The translations under genes and the position numbers were made by a program. Source: an uncultured Verrucomicrobiae bacterium (GTDB taxonomy: Bacteria > Verrucomicrobiota > Verrucomicrobiia > Limisphaerales > Palsa-1400). From it: a DNA stretch of 64,000 nucleotides. Positions 9,174-19,669 of this stretch are shown here, in pieces (the stretch's first letter is position 1; each line of letters begins with the position of its first letter). The notes beneath the pieces were generated by a model. It ran no database searches. It saw nothing but the letters and a program-made list of their open reading frames with translations, and had not been told where the DNA came from. The stretch covers positions 1,216,001 to 1,280,000 of the forward strand of contig CAVXRD010000002.1 in assembly GCA_963764165.1 (NCBI GenBank), written 5' to 3'.

Positions 9174-11567
9174 ATGTCCAACTCCACCCAACCTTCGCCT
9201 GACAATCGGGTGGCCTTCGGCGCGCCGGGCATCGAGCCGCGGTGGACCTCCAGCGCCAAGGAAGGTTTCGGCACGGCGTATCACACGAGTTGCCGGCTGT
9301 GGTTCACCTTGAGCCACGGCATCGTCAACGAGATTTATTACCCATCGGTCGACCAGCCTAACACGCGCGATTTCCAATTCCTCATCACGGACGGCGAAAC
9401 GTTCTGCCATGAAGAAAAAATGGATCTCGACCACCAAATCGAATATCCCGAGAAGGCCTGTCTTTTCTATCGCCTGACCAATACCGACCGCCAGGGCCGC
9501 TATCGCCTGATCAAGCAGGTTTGCACCGACCCGCATCGCTCCGTGCTGCTGGTGCATACCAAGCTCGAAATAATGGACAAGTCGCTGAAAGACAAGCTGC
9601 GGCTGTATGCCTTGATGGCGCCGCACATTGATCGCTACGGCGCGGGAAATTCCGGCCGCTGCACAGAAATCACCGCCAGCACTTTTTTGCACGCCAGGCG
9701 CGGGTCCTGCCATTTGGTCATGGGCTGCACGACGCATTTCACCAGGCGGTCGGTCGGTTACGTGGGCGCGAGCGATGGCTGGCAGGATTTGCGGAATTTC
9801 AAAATGGATTGGGAATTCCGCTCGGCGGACAACGGCAATATTGCTTTGACAGGAGAAATCGATCCGCGGCGCGGGCACGAGTTTGTGGTGGCCATTGCGA
9901 TGGGGCAAAGTTACGAAAGCACCACCGCCAAATTATTGCAGTCGATGGCCGACCCTTTTGAGAAACACCGCGAAGGCTACGTCCGCCAGTGGAAACGCGC
10001 GGCTGTTGACGCGAAGCACGAATACGAATCCCAGACTGCCGACGGCGGGCGCACGTATCGCTTGAGCCGCTGCATTTTGCTTTCGCACGAAGACAAAGTT
10101 TTTCAGGGCGCGATCGTGGCCTCGATGTGCATCCCTTGGGGAGAGACGAAAGGTGACAACGACCTCGGCGGATACCATCTGGTTTGGACGCGCGACCTGG
10201 TGCAAAGCGCCACCGCGCTTCTGGCCAGCGGCCAGTCTGGAACACCCCAGCGCGCCCTGCTCTGGCTGGCGGTCATCCAGCGGCCGGACGGCAGCTTCCC
10301 GCAGAATAGCTGGATCAACGGGCGCATGTATTGGCCGGGTTTGCAATTGGACGAAATCGCCGCCCCGATGCTGCTGGCCTGGCGGCTTCGCCGCGAAGGA
10401 ATCGGCGGCGGCCAGTGCGATCTCCGCCCGATGCTTCATTCCGCCGCTCGCTACCTAATGCTGCAAGGGCCCGTGACGCACCAGGAACGCTGGGAGGAAA
10501 ACTCCGGCTTCTCGCCCTCCACGCTGGCTGGAGTCATCGCCGGTTTGGTCTGCGCGGCGGATTTTGCGGAGGGCGAAGCGATGGATTTCTTATTGACATA
10601 TGCCGACTGGCTCGCCGCGCACATCGAGGAATGGACGGTGACCACCGATGGCGATTTGGTGGATGGCCTGCCCGTGCATTACATCCGCATCAATCCCGTC
10701 GATATTCTCGCGCCCGATCCGCACGCGAATCCAAATTCAACACTGATCCAGGTGGCCAACGGCGGCGGGTTGCATCCGGCCCGGCAGGTTGTTGGAGGAG
10801 ATTTTCTGCAATTGGTGCGATTCGGAATTCGCGCGGCGGATAATCCAGTTGTGCTTTCGTCCGTCCAAGTAATTGACAAAGTCTTGCGAAAGGAGTTGCC
10901 GCAAGGCCCGTGCTGGCGGCGTTATAATTTTGACGGCTATGGCCAAAAGGCCGACGGCTCCGCGTTTGACGGAACCGGCGTCGGACGCGCATGGCCGATT
11001 CTCACGGGAGAACGCGGGCATTACGAGTTGGCCGCAGGACGCGATCCGCTGCCTTACATCAAGGCCATCGAGAACTTCGCCAACGACGGGCACATGATCA
11101 GCGAGCAGCTCTGGGACGAGCCTGACCTGCACGATGGCAAAATGAAATTGGGCCAGCCGACGGGCGCGGCCATGCCGCTCTGTTGGTCGCACGCTGAATA
11201 CATCACGCTCGTCCGCAGCCGGCACGACGGTGTTTGTTACGATCGCATCGACCCGGCCTACGAGCGGTATGTGGTCCATCCCGTCCCCAGTCGGCACGAC
11301 ATCTGGCTCCTAAAGCACCAAGTTCGGCGCATCGGCCAGGGAAAAATCCTGCGAATCATCCTCGCGGATGAAGCGACAATTATCTGGACAGCGGATGCCT
11401 GGGCGACGAAAAATTCCACCGAAATGACGTGGAACGAAACATTGCGCCTCTGGCATGCCGACTTGCCCACCAGCGCGTTGGGAGCGGGGTCGCGTGTGGA
11501 GTTCACGTTTTATCTGAAGGCCGACAAGCGTTGGGAAGGCCTGAATTGGCAGGTGACCGTTTCCTAG
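9174..11567 (+). CDS. GH15 glucoamylase / glucodextranase-like glucan 1,4-alpha-glucosidase
   Basis: GGYHLVWTRD, QERWEE and PLCWSHAEY motifs; C-terminal CBM-like segment. Confidence 0.9.
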   Translation: MSNSTQPSPDNRVAFGAPGIEPRWTSSAKEGFGTAYHTSCRLWFTLSHGIVNEIYYPSVDQPNTRDFQFLITDGETFCHEEKMDLDHQIEYPEKACLFYRLTNTDRQGRYRLIKQVCTDPHRSVLLVHTKLEIMDKSLKDKLRLYALMAPHIDRYGAGNSGRCTEITASTFLHARRGSCHLVMGCTTHFTRRSVGYVGASDGWQDLRNFKMDWEFRSADNGNIALTGEIDPRRGHEFVVAIAMGQSYESTTAKLLQSMADPFEKHREGYVRQWKRAAVDAKHEYESQTADGGRTYRLSRCILLSHEDKVFQGAIVASMCIPWGETKGDNDLGGYHLVWTRDLVQSATALLASGQSGTPQRALLWLAVIQRPDGSFPQNSWINGRMYWPGLQLDEIAAPMLLAWRLRREGIGGGQCDLRPMLHSAARYLMLQGPVTHQERWEENSGFSPSTLAGVIAGLVCAADFAEGEAMDFLLTYADWLAAHIEEWTVTTDGDLVDGLPVHYIRINPVDILAPDPHANPNSTLIQVANGGGLHPARQVVGGDFLQLVRFGIRAADNPVVLSSVQVIDKVLRKELPQGPCWRRYNFDGYGQKADGSAFDGTGVGRAWPILTGERGHYELAAGRDPLPYIKAIENFANDGHMISEQLWDEPDLHDGKMKLGQPTGAAMPLCWSHAEYITLVRSRHDGVCYDRIDPAYERYVVHPVPSRHDIWLLKHQVRRIGQGKILRIILADEATIIWTADAWATKNSTEMTWNETLRLWHADLPTSALGAGSRVEFTFYLKADKRWEGLNWQVTVS

Positions 11568-11576
11568 CAACCAAAT

Positions 11577-12596
11577 ATGAGCACGAAATTTAAAGCCTAC
11601 GCCGCGCTGTCGAAAGGCGCGAAACTGCAGCCGTTTGAATTCGACCCGGGCGCAATGCGGGACGACCAGGTGGAAATCAAGGTGACGCATTGCGGCATCT
11701 GCCATTCGGATCTCTCGATGCTTGACAACGATTGGGGCATGTCGAGCTATCCGTTTGTGCCGGGCCACGAAGCCGTTGGCGTCATCACGGAAATCGGTTC
11801 GCACGTCAAGAATTTGAAAGTCGGGCAAACGGTGGGTGTCGGCTGGTATGCCGGTTCCTGCACCTATTGCCCGCAATGTTTGAGCGGCAATCAGAATCTT
11901 TGCCCTGCCAGCGAAGCCACCATTGTCGGGCGGCACGGAGGGTTTGCCGACCGCCTCCGCTGCCAGGCGATCTGGGCGGTTCCGATTCCCGAGAAAGTCG
12001 CGGCGGAGAAGGCCGGCCCGCTCTTTTGCGGCGGCATCACCGTCTTCAATCCGATCGTTCAATTTGGTGTCAAACCTACGGATCGCGTCGGCGTGATCGG
12101 CATCGGCGGCCTTGGGCACATGGCGCTTCAATTTCTAAACAAATGGGGCTGCGAAGTTTACGCCTTCACCTCCAGCGATTCCAAACAGGCCGAAGCCGCC
12201 AGGCTCGGCGCGCACAAAGCGATCAACTCCAAGGACCCGGAGCAATTGAAGAAAATCAGCGGCTCGCTCGATTTTGTTTTGTCCACCGTCAACGTCGGAA
12301 TGGAATGGGGAGCGTATCTGCAAACGCTTTCGCCAAAAGGAAAATTGCATTTTGTCGGAGCGTCACTCGCGCCGCTCGGCGTTTCGCCGATGGAACTGAT
12401 CATGGGGCAGAAGTCGCTTTCCGGCTCTCCGCTCGGCAGCCCGGCCACCACCGCGCAAATGCTGGAATTCTGCGCTCGCCATTCCATCGCGCCGGTCACG
12501 GAAAGTTTTCCAATGTCCCAAGTCAACGAAGCCTTCGATCACCTGCGAGCGGGCAAAGCCCGTTACCGCATCGTGCTCAGCAACGACATCAAGTGA
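11577..12596 (+). CDS. Zn-dependent NAD(P)H alcohol dehydrogenase / aldehyde reductase (Ahr/CAD-like)
   Basis: CGICHSD, GHE, four-Cys Zn site, GIGGLG and ARYRIVL. Confidence 0.92.
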   Translation: MSTKFKAYAALSKGAKLQPFEFDPGAMRDDQVEIKVTHCGICHSDLSMLDNDWGMSSYPFVPGHEAVGVITEIGSHVKNLKVGQTVGVGWYAGSCTYCPQCLSGNQNLCPASEATIVGRHGGFADRLRCQAIWAVPIPEKVAAEKAGPLFCGGITVFNPIVQFGVKPTDRVGVIGIGGLGHMALQFLNKWGCEVYAFTSSDSKQAEAARLGAHKAINSKDPEQLKKISGSLDFVLSTVNVGMEWGAYLQTLSPKGKLHFVGASLAPLGVSPMELIMGQKSLSGSPLGSPATTAQMLEFCARHSIAPVTESFPMSQVNEAFDHLRAGKARYRIVLSNDIK

Positions 12597-13267
12597 CAGA
12601 ATCATCCTCTCCAAAACGGATCGAGGGGATGACGCTTGCCTACCGTTGCGGCTGGACGGCATTTCGTTTCGTGTTTGAGAATTATTTTCAGTGGGACGCT
12701 TACAATCCGGAAAACGTCCCGCTCACCGGCCCGGTTATTCTCGCGCCGAACCACGCCAGCTACATGGATCCGCCGCTGGTGGGTTCGGGTGTGCATCGGC
12801 AGATTAGCTTTCTCGCGAAAGACACCATTTTCAAAGTCCCGATTCTGGCCTCGATTCTCCGCTCGTGGGAAGTCGTCCCGGTGGATCGCGACGGCGGGAC
12901 AGGCCGCGGCCTGAAGCAAATCCTCCAGCGCCTCGAGCAAGGCAAAGCGATCATCCTGTTCCCTGAAGGCACGCGCAGCCGCCACGGCGACCTGAATCCC
13001 GCCCGTTCAGGAATAGGTTTGACGGTGATGAAATCCGGCGCGCCCGTCGTGCCAGTGCGAGTCTTCCGGACGCATGTGGCGTTCGGCCCCCACCACATCC
13101 TTCCCCGTCCACGAAGAGTGGCCGTCAAATATGGCAAGCCTATGAACTTCGCCCAATTGCGCGCCGAAGCCGAAACGTGCAGCAAACAGCGCATCAAAGA
13201 AATCTACCAGGAAATTGCGGACGAAATCATGGCTGAGATCGCGAAGCTGGAACCACGGGCGGAATAA
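12593..13267 (+). CDS. plsC: 1-acyl-sn-glycerol-3-phosphate acyltransferase (PlsC family)
   Basis: NHASYMD and FPEGTRS motifs. Only the 3' part of the track ORF 11732-13267 is real; start at GTG 12593 or ATG 12629. Confidence 0.88.
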   Translation: MTESSSPKRIEGMTLAYRCGWTAFRFVFENYFQWDAYNPENVPLTGPVILAPNHASYMDPPLVGSGVHRQISFLAKDTIFKVPILASILRSWEVVPVDRDGGTGRGLKQILQRLEQGKAIILFPEGTRSRHGDLNPARSGIGLTVMKSGAPVVPVRVFRTHVAFGPHHILPRPRRVAVKYGKPMNFAQLRAEAETCSKQRIKEIYQEIADEIMAEIAKLEPRAE

Positions 13268-13334
13268 TCTCTCCAATTTCCAATCTTGCCTCGATATTAA
13301 ACACCGACGTAAAAACATGCCGCAACGCCCAGAA

Positions 13335-13423
13335 AGCGTGGCGCGCATGGTTCTTGTCGGGCCAGCCGGAAACCGCAAGAAAATGGAACAGCAAGCACAC
13401 CAAGGCCACGAAGAGGAAAAGGC
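13335..13423 (+). repeat. About 89-bp dispersed repeat (inverted copy 17652-17740, degenerate copy about 9061-9146)
   Basis: Manual alignment gives about 78/89 identity with the reverse complement of 17652-17740. Confidence 0.8.
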
Positions 13424-14020
13424 CCGGCCAAGAGGTTCACACTTTTCCGCCCGCACGGCAAAAGAGGCCCATCGAACTCCGGCAAAATCTTTGCGCCTTG
13501 CTCGGGAAACCAGAAAAAGAGGCGGGATTAGAAGCCGCGGGTGGGCCCAAATTAGCGCAGATTGGAATTATTGGAGTCAACCTCAAACGGTCGAAACGGA
13601 CACAACTTGCATAGGCTTGGAATGCGAATTCCGTCCCCGAATCTGCCTTGACCTGCGTCCATTTCCTGAATTTTAGATTCAATATTTCGCAAATACTCTC
13701 CAAAAATCGCGAAAAAAAACCTCTGGTGGGTTTTCTGTTTTCAAATCAATGTGCCAAAGTGCTTCCATGACTATATACAATAGCTCGGAGAGGAATGGGC
13801 CGGTATCGAGGGCGGAAGGACGCGCTTCACGGGAGGCGCTTTGCGGTTGTGGTATCTGTTCGTATTGGCAGCCTCAGCCTTCATCGTCGGAATGGCATCC
13901 TCGCAGGCGGTTGCCATGACTCGGAATGCGCCTCGCCTGCTGTTGTTCGCCGCTGTCGCCAAGCCGTTTCCAAGCTATGGTCCGCCTCTGAATTTTCGAT
14001 CATTATGACGGCGACCGAGT

Positions 14021-14068
14021 ATCACCTAATCGCAGCCAGTCGCACCAAATCGCACCAAATCGCACCTG
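14021..14068 (+). repeat. 10-nt tandem repeat (CGCACCAAAT)n
   Basis: atcacctaat cgcagccagt cgcaccaaat cgcaccaaat cgcacctg. Confidence 0.8.
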
Positions 14069-14088
14069 CTTATTGAAAAATTGGAACA

Positions 14089-16401
14089 ATGGAATCCCCG
14101 AGGAAAACTGAGACGGCTCCCTGCAGACCGCGCGCCCTCACGCGGCGTTCCCAATTGCGCCGTGGCGGAAATGACACGGGACTGGCCGGCGAGACGCCAG
14201 CCAAAGCGACCGGGACGGGCGCGCTCCCAATCCAACGGAATCGCCCCGGCTTATCCAACCGGCGCCATATTTGGTTCCAGCTTCTGCTCGCGATTTTATG
14301 GTTGACGAGCGCGTCTGGCGCCGATTTGGCATTGCGCACGCAGGCCAGCGTCATGGTCGAAGTGACGCTGACCGCCGCGCGAAGTTATTACGATCCGTTC
14401 AACGAAGTGACTTTGGACGCCGTATTCACCGATCCGGCGGGGCGCGTGCTTCGCGTGCCCGCTTTCTGGGATGGCGGCCGGATTTGGAAGGTCCGCTACG
14501 CTTCGCCGCTGGCGGGCCTCCACACATTTCGCACGGAATGTTCTCAGCGTGAAGACAAAGGATTGCACGGGATTGCCGGGTCGGTTGAGGTTTCGCCCTA
14601 CACCGGCGAAAATCCTCTTTACACGCATGGGCCTTTGCGTGTGTCGTCCGATCATCGGCATCTCGAGCATCTGGACGGCCAGCCGTTCTTCTGGCTGGGC
14701 GACACATGGTGGATGGGGCTTTGCCATCGGCTGCATTGGCCGGAAGAATTTCAACAGTTGACAGCGGATCGCAAGGCCAAAGGGTTCAACGTCATTCAAA
14801 TCGTGGCCGGGCTGTACCCGGATATGTTTCCGTTCGATCCGCGCGGGGCGAACGAGTCCGGATTCCCGTGGGAAACCAATTTCAGCGGCATTCGCCCCGC
14901 GTATTTCGACGCGGCGGATCAGCGCCTCGGCTGGCTCGTCGACCAGGGCATTACGCCGTGCATCGTGGGCGCCTGGGGCTACTTCATGCCGTGGATGGGC
15001 GTGGAAAAAATGAAGGCGCACTGGCGCTATCTCATCGCGCGTTACGGCGCCTGGCCGGTCATGTGGTGCGCGGCGGGCGAGGCGAATCTGCCTTGGTATC
15101 TCGCCAACGGATTTCCTTACGACGACCGGCAGCAAGTTCACGACTGGACGACGGTGATGCGCTACATTCGGGCGACCGATCCCTGGCATCGCCTTCTGAC
15201 CATTCATCCCACCGGCATTGGCCCGCTGACGGCGCGGCATGCGACGGACGACGCGGGCTTGCTCGATTTCGACCTGCTGCAAACGCCACACGCGCGCCAG
15301 GAAGGCGTGCCCGCCACGGTCAATGCCGTGCGCGATTCCTTCGCCGCCACACCCGTCATGCCGATCATCGACGGCGAGGCCAGCTACGAAATGCTCGGCG
15401 ACAGCCTGCCGACGGAGTGGACGCGCCGGATGTTCTGGCTGTGCCTGATGAACGGCGCGGCCGGCCATACTTACGGCGCGAACGGCATCTGGCAGTGCAA
15501 TCGCCCTGGCCAACCGCACGGAAAATCCCCGCACGGCGGCAGCTACGGCGCGATCCCCTGGAACGAGGCCATGCGATTGCCTGGTTCGGAACAAGTTGGA
15601 TTTGGCAAAAAGCTTTTCGAGCAATTTGATTGGCAAAATTTTCGCCCTCATCCCGCGTGGGCTTGGTTCCGTGCATCGCCGCTGAAAGACGCCGCGTGGA
15701 TTTGGTATCCCGACGGCAACCCCGCTGTGGACGCCCCGGCGGAGACGCGCTTCTTTCGCAAATCATTCGATGTTCCGAACAGAGAACAAGTGGCGCGAGC
15801 CAGTCTGCGAATTTCGGCGGATGACGCGTTCATCGTTTTTCTCAACGGCGAAAAAATCGGGAATGGAGAAGATTGGCGCGCGCCCGGGCAATTCAACGAG
15901 GCGGCGCGGCTAATCAAAACGGGCGCCAATGAATTATCCGTCACTGCTGTCAACAAACCAGCATCCGGCGCGAATCCTGCCGGGCTGATTGCTTCGCTCG
16001 ACATTGAATTCACCGATGGCAGCGTGTTGCGATTCAAGTCCGATTCATCGTGGCTGTGCAGCAAATCTGAAAGCGCAGCCGCGTGGACGAATGCCCTCGT
16101 GGCCGCGAGCTACGGCCAGGGGCCATGGGGCGATATGGATGGAGCAAGCGACGCCGTCAACGGCCCGCAAGCGACAGGCCTCGCAGACGGGGCGCGGCTC
16201 ATTTACGCGCCGCGCGCAGAGCCGCTGGAATTGCGTGGCCTGGCTCCCGGCATGAATTACGCGGCGCGCTGGTTCGATCCCGTCACCGGCGCCACTAGGC
16301 CGATGGGAGAAATCCAAGGCGACGGCCTGGGGGTTGCGACCTGCCCGCCACCGGCGAACATGAACCACGATTGGGTGTTAATTTTGGAGGCTAAACACTG
16401 A
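14089..16401 (+). CDS. Secreted apiosidase-like glycoside hydrolase (DUF5060/DUF4038-type) with an inserted sugar-binding module
   Basis: PAFWDGG-WKVRY N-domain, PFFWLGDTWW, KGFNVIQ, GHTYGANGIW, WIW...ISADD...NPAGL module, WFDP...DWVL end. Start is uncertain. Confidence 0.75.
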   Translation: MESPRKTETAPCRPRALTRRSQLRRGGNDTGLAGETPAKATGTGALPIQRNRPGLSNRRHIWFQLLLAILWLTSASGADLALRTQASVMVEVTLTAARSYYDPFNEVTLDAVFTDPAGRVLRVPAFWDGGRIWKVRYASPLAGLHTFRTECSQREDKGLHGIAGSVEVSPYTGENPLYTHGPLRVSSDHRHLEHLDGQPFFWLGDTWWMGLCHRLHWPEEFQQLTADRKAKGFNVIQIVAGLYPDMFPFDPRGANESGFPWETNFSGIRPAYFDAADQRLGWLVDQGITPCIVGAWGYFMPWMGVEKMKAHWRYLIARYGAWPVMWCAAGEANLPWYLANGFPYDDRQQVHDWTTVMRYIRATDPWHRLLTIHPTGIGPLTARHATDDAGLLDFDLLQTPHARQEGVPATVNAVRDSFAATPVMPIIDGEASYEMLGDSLPTEWTRRMFWLCLMNGAAGHTYGANGIWQCNRPGQPHGKSPHGGSYGAIPWNEAMRLPGSEQVGFGKKLFEQFDWQNFRPHPAWAWFRASPLKDAAWIWYPDGNPAVDAPAETRFFRKSFDVPNREQVARASLRISADDAFIVFLNGEKIGNGEDWRAPGQFNEAARLIKTGANELSVTAVNKPASGANPAGLIASLDIEFTDGSVLRFKSDSSWLCSKSESAAAWTNALVAASYGQGPWGDMDGASDAVNGPQATGLADGARLIYAPRAEPLELRGLAPGMNYAARWFDPVTGATRPMGEIQGDGLGVATCPPPANMNHDWVLILEAKH

Positions 16402-16405
16402 CTGG

Positions 16406-17392
16406 CTATTTGCCGCTCGGCTTGGAGTCTTTATCACGGGCGCGCCGTTTTGCTCTTCTCTGTTCTGCCTTTTCCTGGCCTGATTTCATCAAATCGATCA
16501 TGTCAGACGAAGGCATCGAGAGGGTCACTCCCACTGCAAGGCCATCCTTCGTGATCGTAATGGAGTTCGCGAGCTTGGTGGCGTTGGTGTCGCCGCCCCC
16601 TTGCATTTTAAGCATCGCCATAAGCCCTTGTACCATGGAATTTAGTTTCGCAGCCGTGTCGTCGTCGGCTGTTTCAAGGTGGAGGGTGGCGGTCGTGTTG
16701 TCATTGGCCTCGCTTACTTTCAAATACGCCGATTTGCACATTTGGAGAAAGGCGGCGGGGCCCTGGGCCTTGGGAACGTCAACTTTGAGCACCACCGCCT
16801 CAAGGAGAATATGTTCGCCGGGCTTTGTGTAAAGAGGCTCTTTCGCTGCTTCAACGGCGCGCTCCGGGCCCTCCAGGACATCCAGCGCGTCGGCCAGGCG
16901 CGCCTCAGACTGGCCGCATACAATGTAATGTCCCGAAATCGCGCCGTAAGCGCGCGCGGTCCCGCCTTCCCTTCTTTTCCACTTCTCATCCAGCCAGGAG
17001 TAAATCACGCGCGAGCCGTTCGTGACGCCATGGAAGTCATTCAGGTCTTCGGCCTTGGCCAGCAGTTTGTCAGGTTCAAAATCCGCGGCTATCAACATTA
17101 CCCCTTCGTTGGAATGCCCCGCGGTTGTGTAAAACGTTATGCCGTGCAATTGCTTTCCCAAATCGGCATCGAAGCGGGCTCCCACCTCCGCCAGGGCATC
17201 CTGCAATGCCGGTTCTGAAAGCACAGATTGGCCGACAGCGCTGGCGCTGATCGCGTCCCAATCCAGATGCACCATCGTGACTGAATCAGCGGCAATGTCC
17301 TTGGGATTCACCGGGGAGGCGAAACCGGCGGCCGCGCCGGCCATGACAGCGGCGGTCGTCGAAAGCAGCAGAGCGATTCGCTTGATAAGCAT
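16406..17392 (-). CDS. Secreted hypothetical protein
   Basis: Signal-peptide-like N-terminus, 328 aa, no recognised motif. Confidence 0.7.
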   Translation of the reverse strand: MLIKRIALLLSTTAAVMAGAAAGFASPVNPKDIAADSVTMVHLDWDAISASAVGQSVLSEPALQDALAEVGARFDADLGKQLHGITFYTTAGHSNEGVMLIAADFEPDKLLAKAEDLNDFHGVTNGSRVIYSWLDEKWKRREGGTARAYGAISGHYIVCGQSEARLADALDVLEGPERAVEAAKEPLYTKPGEHILLEAVVLKVDVPKAQGPAAFLQMCKSAYLKVSEANDNTTATLHLETADDDTAAKLNSMVQGLMAMLKMQGGGDTNATKLANSITITKDGLAVGVTLSMPSSDMIDLMKSGQEKAEQRRAKRRARDKDSKPSGK

Positions 17393-17482
17393 AAAAATCA
17401 ATCCGTCCCTGGATCATACGCAAAAAGCGAGGAATTGGATACAAAGATGTCGCAGGTGCGGGATAAAATTTTTCGGAACCGG

Positions 17483-17538
17483 GCAGCGGCGGCGTCCCGC
17501 CGCTGAAAGCCCTTCCGAGGCGAGACGCCTCTGCCACC
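17483..17538. repeat. REP doublet family B (GTGG-CAGAGGCG-TCC-CGCCTCTG type), copy 1
   Basis: gcagcggcggcgtcccgccgctgaa...gaggcgagacgcctctgccac; matches 27264-27325. Confidence 0.7.
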
Positions 17539-17817
17539 TTAGGGGCGCCAAGCGAAAGCCTGAACATAAATTGTCCGGCTCCTTGCGCCCCTGCGCCCTT
17601 GGGCGCAGGCGCACCGAACGCAGAGTCAGGCTTGAATAGCAGGCTTCATCCGCCTTTTCCTCTTCGTGGCCTTTGTTTGCTTGCTGTCCCATTTTCTTGC
17701 CGTTTCCAATCGGCCTGGCAAGAACCAGGCGCGCCACGCTGCCGGCAGCCAAAAATGCGCGATGCGCTGAGAACTTAAATCTTGCGATGCAACCGCAATC
17801 CCCGAAAATCGGCGGGA

Positions 17818-19296
17818 ATGAACCTCGTGCTTGCTTTTGCCAAGTCCGCGCACTTGGAGTTGTCCCGCACCGCCCTCTTCTGGGGCGAGGTCCAATATTC
17901 CTACGGGAAGTTTTGGGCGCAAACGGTGGCGGTGGCGCGGAAGTTGGGCGCGGAGCTTGGCGTCAAACGAGGGGATCGGGTGGGGATTTGGCTGAAGAAT
18001 TGCCCGGAATTTGTTCCGGCGCTTTTTGGCGTGTGGCAGGCAGGAGCCGTCGCGGTGACGATTAATAACTTCCTCAAACCTGCGGAGGTTCTTTTCATTC
18101 TTAACGACGCGGGGATCGATACGCTCATCGTGGACGAGTCGATGGCGGAAGGGTTTTCCAAGCTGGTCGCGGAACGGCCGGGGTTAAAGTCGCTTCAGGT
18201 GGAATTCATCAGCGGTATTTCCGCCGCGCAAGCCGCGCCGCTGGAAACGATGACCGAGACCGATTTGGCGGTGATCGTTTACACTTCGGGAACGACCGGG
18301 CATCCGAAGGGCGCTATGCTTTCGCACGGCAATTTGCTGGCGAATGTCGAAAGCTGCCGCGAAGTTTTGGCGGCGGTGGGCGATGATCGGTTTGCGGTGC
18401 TGCTGCCGATGTTTCACAGCTTCATGTTCACCGTCGGAGTCGTGCTGCCGATGATTGTGGGTGGATCGATTGTGCTCATCAAGTCGCTGCATCCGGCCAA
18501 GAATATCATTGCGGAGATCATCCAGCATGGCGCCACCATTCTGCCCGCCGTGCCGCAATTTTTCCGCGCTTTGACGAACGCAACCCTTCCGCCAGATATT
18601 GCGCTGCGGCTCTGCATCAGCGGTGGCGCTCCCTTGCCTGCGGAGACATTGCGCGAATTCACGGAGAGATTTCCCATCCCGCTGCTGGAAGGGTACGGCT
18701 TGAGCGAGGCGAGCCCCGTCGTGTCGTTTACGCCGATACGCGGACCGTGGAAGGCTGGTTCAATTGGCGTGCCGATTCCGGGTGTCGAAGTCACCATTCA
18801 AAACGAATCGGGAGAAATTCTCCCGCCCGGCGTGGTTGGCGAATTATGTGTGCGCGGCGCGAATGTCATGCTCGGCTATTGGAAACAACCCGAAGCCACC
18901 GCCGAAGTCATGCGCAATGGCTGGCTGCTCACCGGCGACATCGGCTACGGCGATGCGGACGGATATTTCTACATCACGGATCGCAAGAAAGACATGCTGC
19001 TCGTCAACGGCATCAATGTTTACCCGCGCGAAATCGAGGAGGTGCTCTACAAATTTCCCGGCGTGAAGGAAGCCGCCGTCATCGGCATTCCCGACGCGCG
19101 CAAAGGGGAGCAGCCGCTGGCGTTCGTGGCCGCCCACGATGGCGCCATTGTGGAAGAGGCGGGCGTATTGCAATATCTTCGCGAGCGCCTGGCCGATTAC
19201 AAGGTGCCGCGCAAAATTGTCTTCATGCCGGCGCTGCCGCACAGCGCCACCGGCAAAACCCTCAAATTGGAATTGCGAAAAATGGCCCAGAAATGA
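17818..19296 (+). CDS. Long-chain fatty-acid--CoA ligase (AMP-binding family)
   Basis: YTSGTTGHPKG, EGYGLSE, TGDIG and YKVP motifs. Confidence 0.9.
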   Translation: MNLVLAFAKSAHLELSRTALFWGEVQYSYGKFWAQTVAVARKLGAELGVKRGDRVGIWLKNCPEFVPALFGVWQAGAVAVTINNFLKPAEVLFILNDAGIDTLIVDESMAEGFSKLVAERPGLKSLQVEFISGISAAQAAPLETMTETDLAVIVYTSGTTGHPKGAMLSHGNLLANVESCREVLAAVGDDRFAVLLPMFHSFMFTVGVVLPMIVGGSIVLIKSLHPAKNIIAEIIQHGATILPAVPQFFRALTNATLPPDIALRLCISGGAPLPAETLREFTERFPIPLLEGYGLSEASPVVSFTPIRGPWKAGSIGVPIPGVEVTIQNESGEILPPGVVGELCVRGANVMLGYWKQPEATAEVMRNGWLLTGDIGYGDADGYFYITDRKKDMLLVNGINVYPREIEEVLYKFPGVKEAAVIGIPDARKGEQPLAFVAAHDGAIVEEAGVLQYLRERLADYKVPRKIVFMPALPHSATGKTLKLELRKMAQK

Positions 19297-19463
19297 GTTC
19301 TTGCGCGAGTTTTCGCAAAAAACAGGGTTTTCATATCCTATTGAATACAAGTCGTTTGCGATCAAAATGGCGTTTTACTGGTTGACCCCGGCGGTGTACG
19401 GCCCCTAGACTGTTGGGACTGCGACTCTCCGTCAGAAGCGGAAGTGTCGTCCAGTGCGATTTT

Positions 19464-19661
19464 ATGGCTGAAGGATATTGTGTTAAGTGCAAAGCAAAAA
19501 AGGAAATTGCCGAGGCCGTTGAAGAGACGATGAAGAATGGGCGCAAGGCGATCAAAGGCAAATGTCCGACGTGCGGCGTGGTGATGTTTAAAATTTTGGG
19601 CGGCAAAGCGGCCGTGGTCCCCGCCAACGTGGCTCCCAAAGGCGACACCCAGCCCACTTAG
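19464..19661 (+). CDS. Small basic zinc-ribbon protein (DUF5679-like)
   Basis: MAEGYCVKCKAKKEI...KNGRKAIKGKCPTCG: two CxxC pairs, Lys-rich. Confidence 0.8.
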   Translation: MAEGYCVKCKAKKEIAEAVEETMKNGRKAIKGKCPTCGVVMFKILGGKAAVVPANVAPKGDTQPT

Positions 19662-19669
19662 ATTTCTCT

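Noticed and set aside
11732..12592. N-terminal 287 aa of the 511-aa plsC ORF
   Set aside because: Out-of-frame overlap with the alcohol dehydrogenase; not a fusion.
13767..14076. Short ORFs upstream of the glycoside hydrolase
   Set aside because: No recognisable motif, RBS or consistent frame; cannot be supported.
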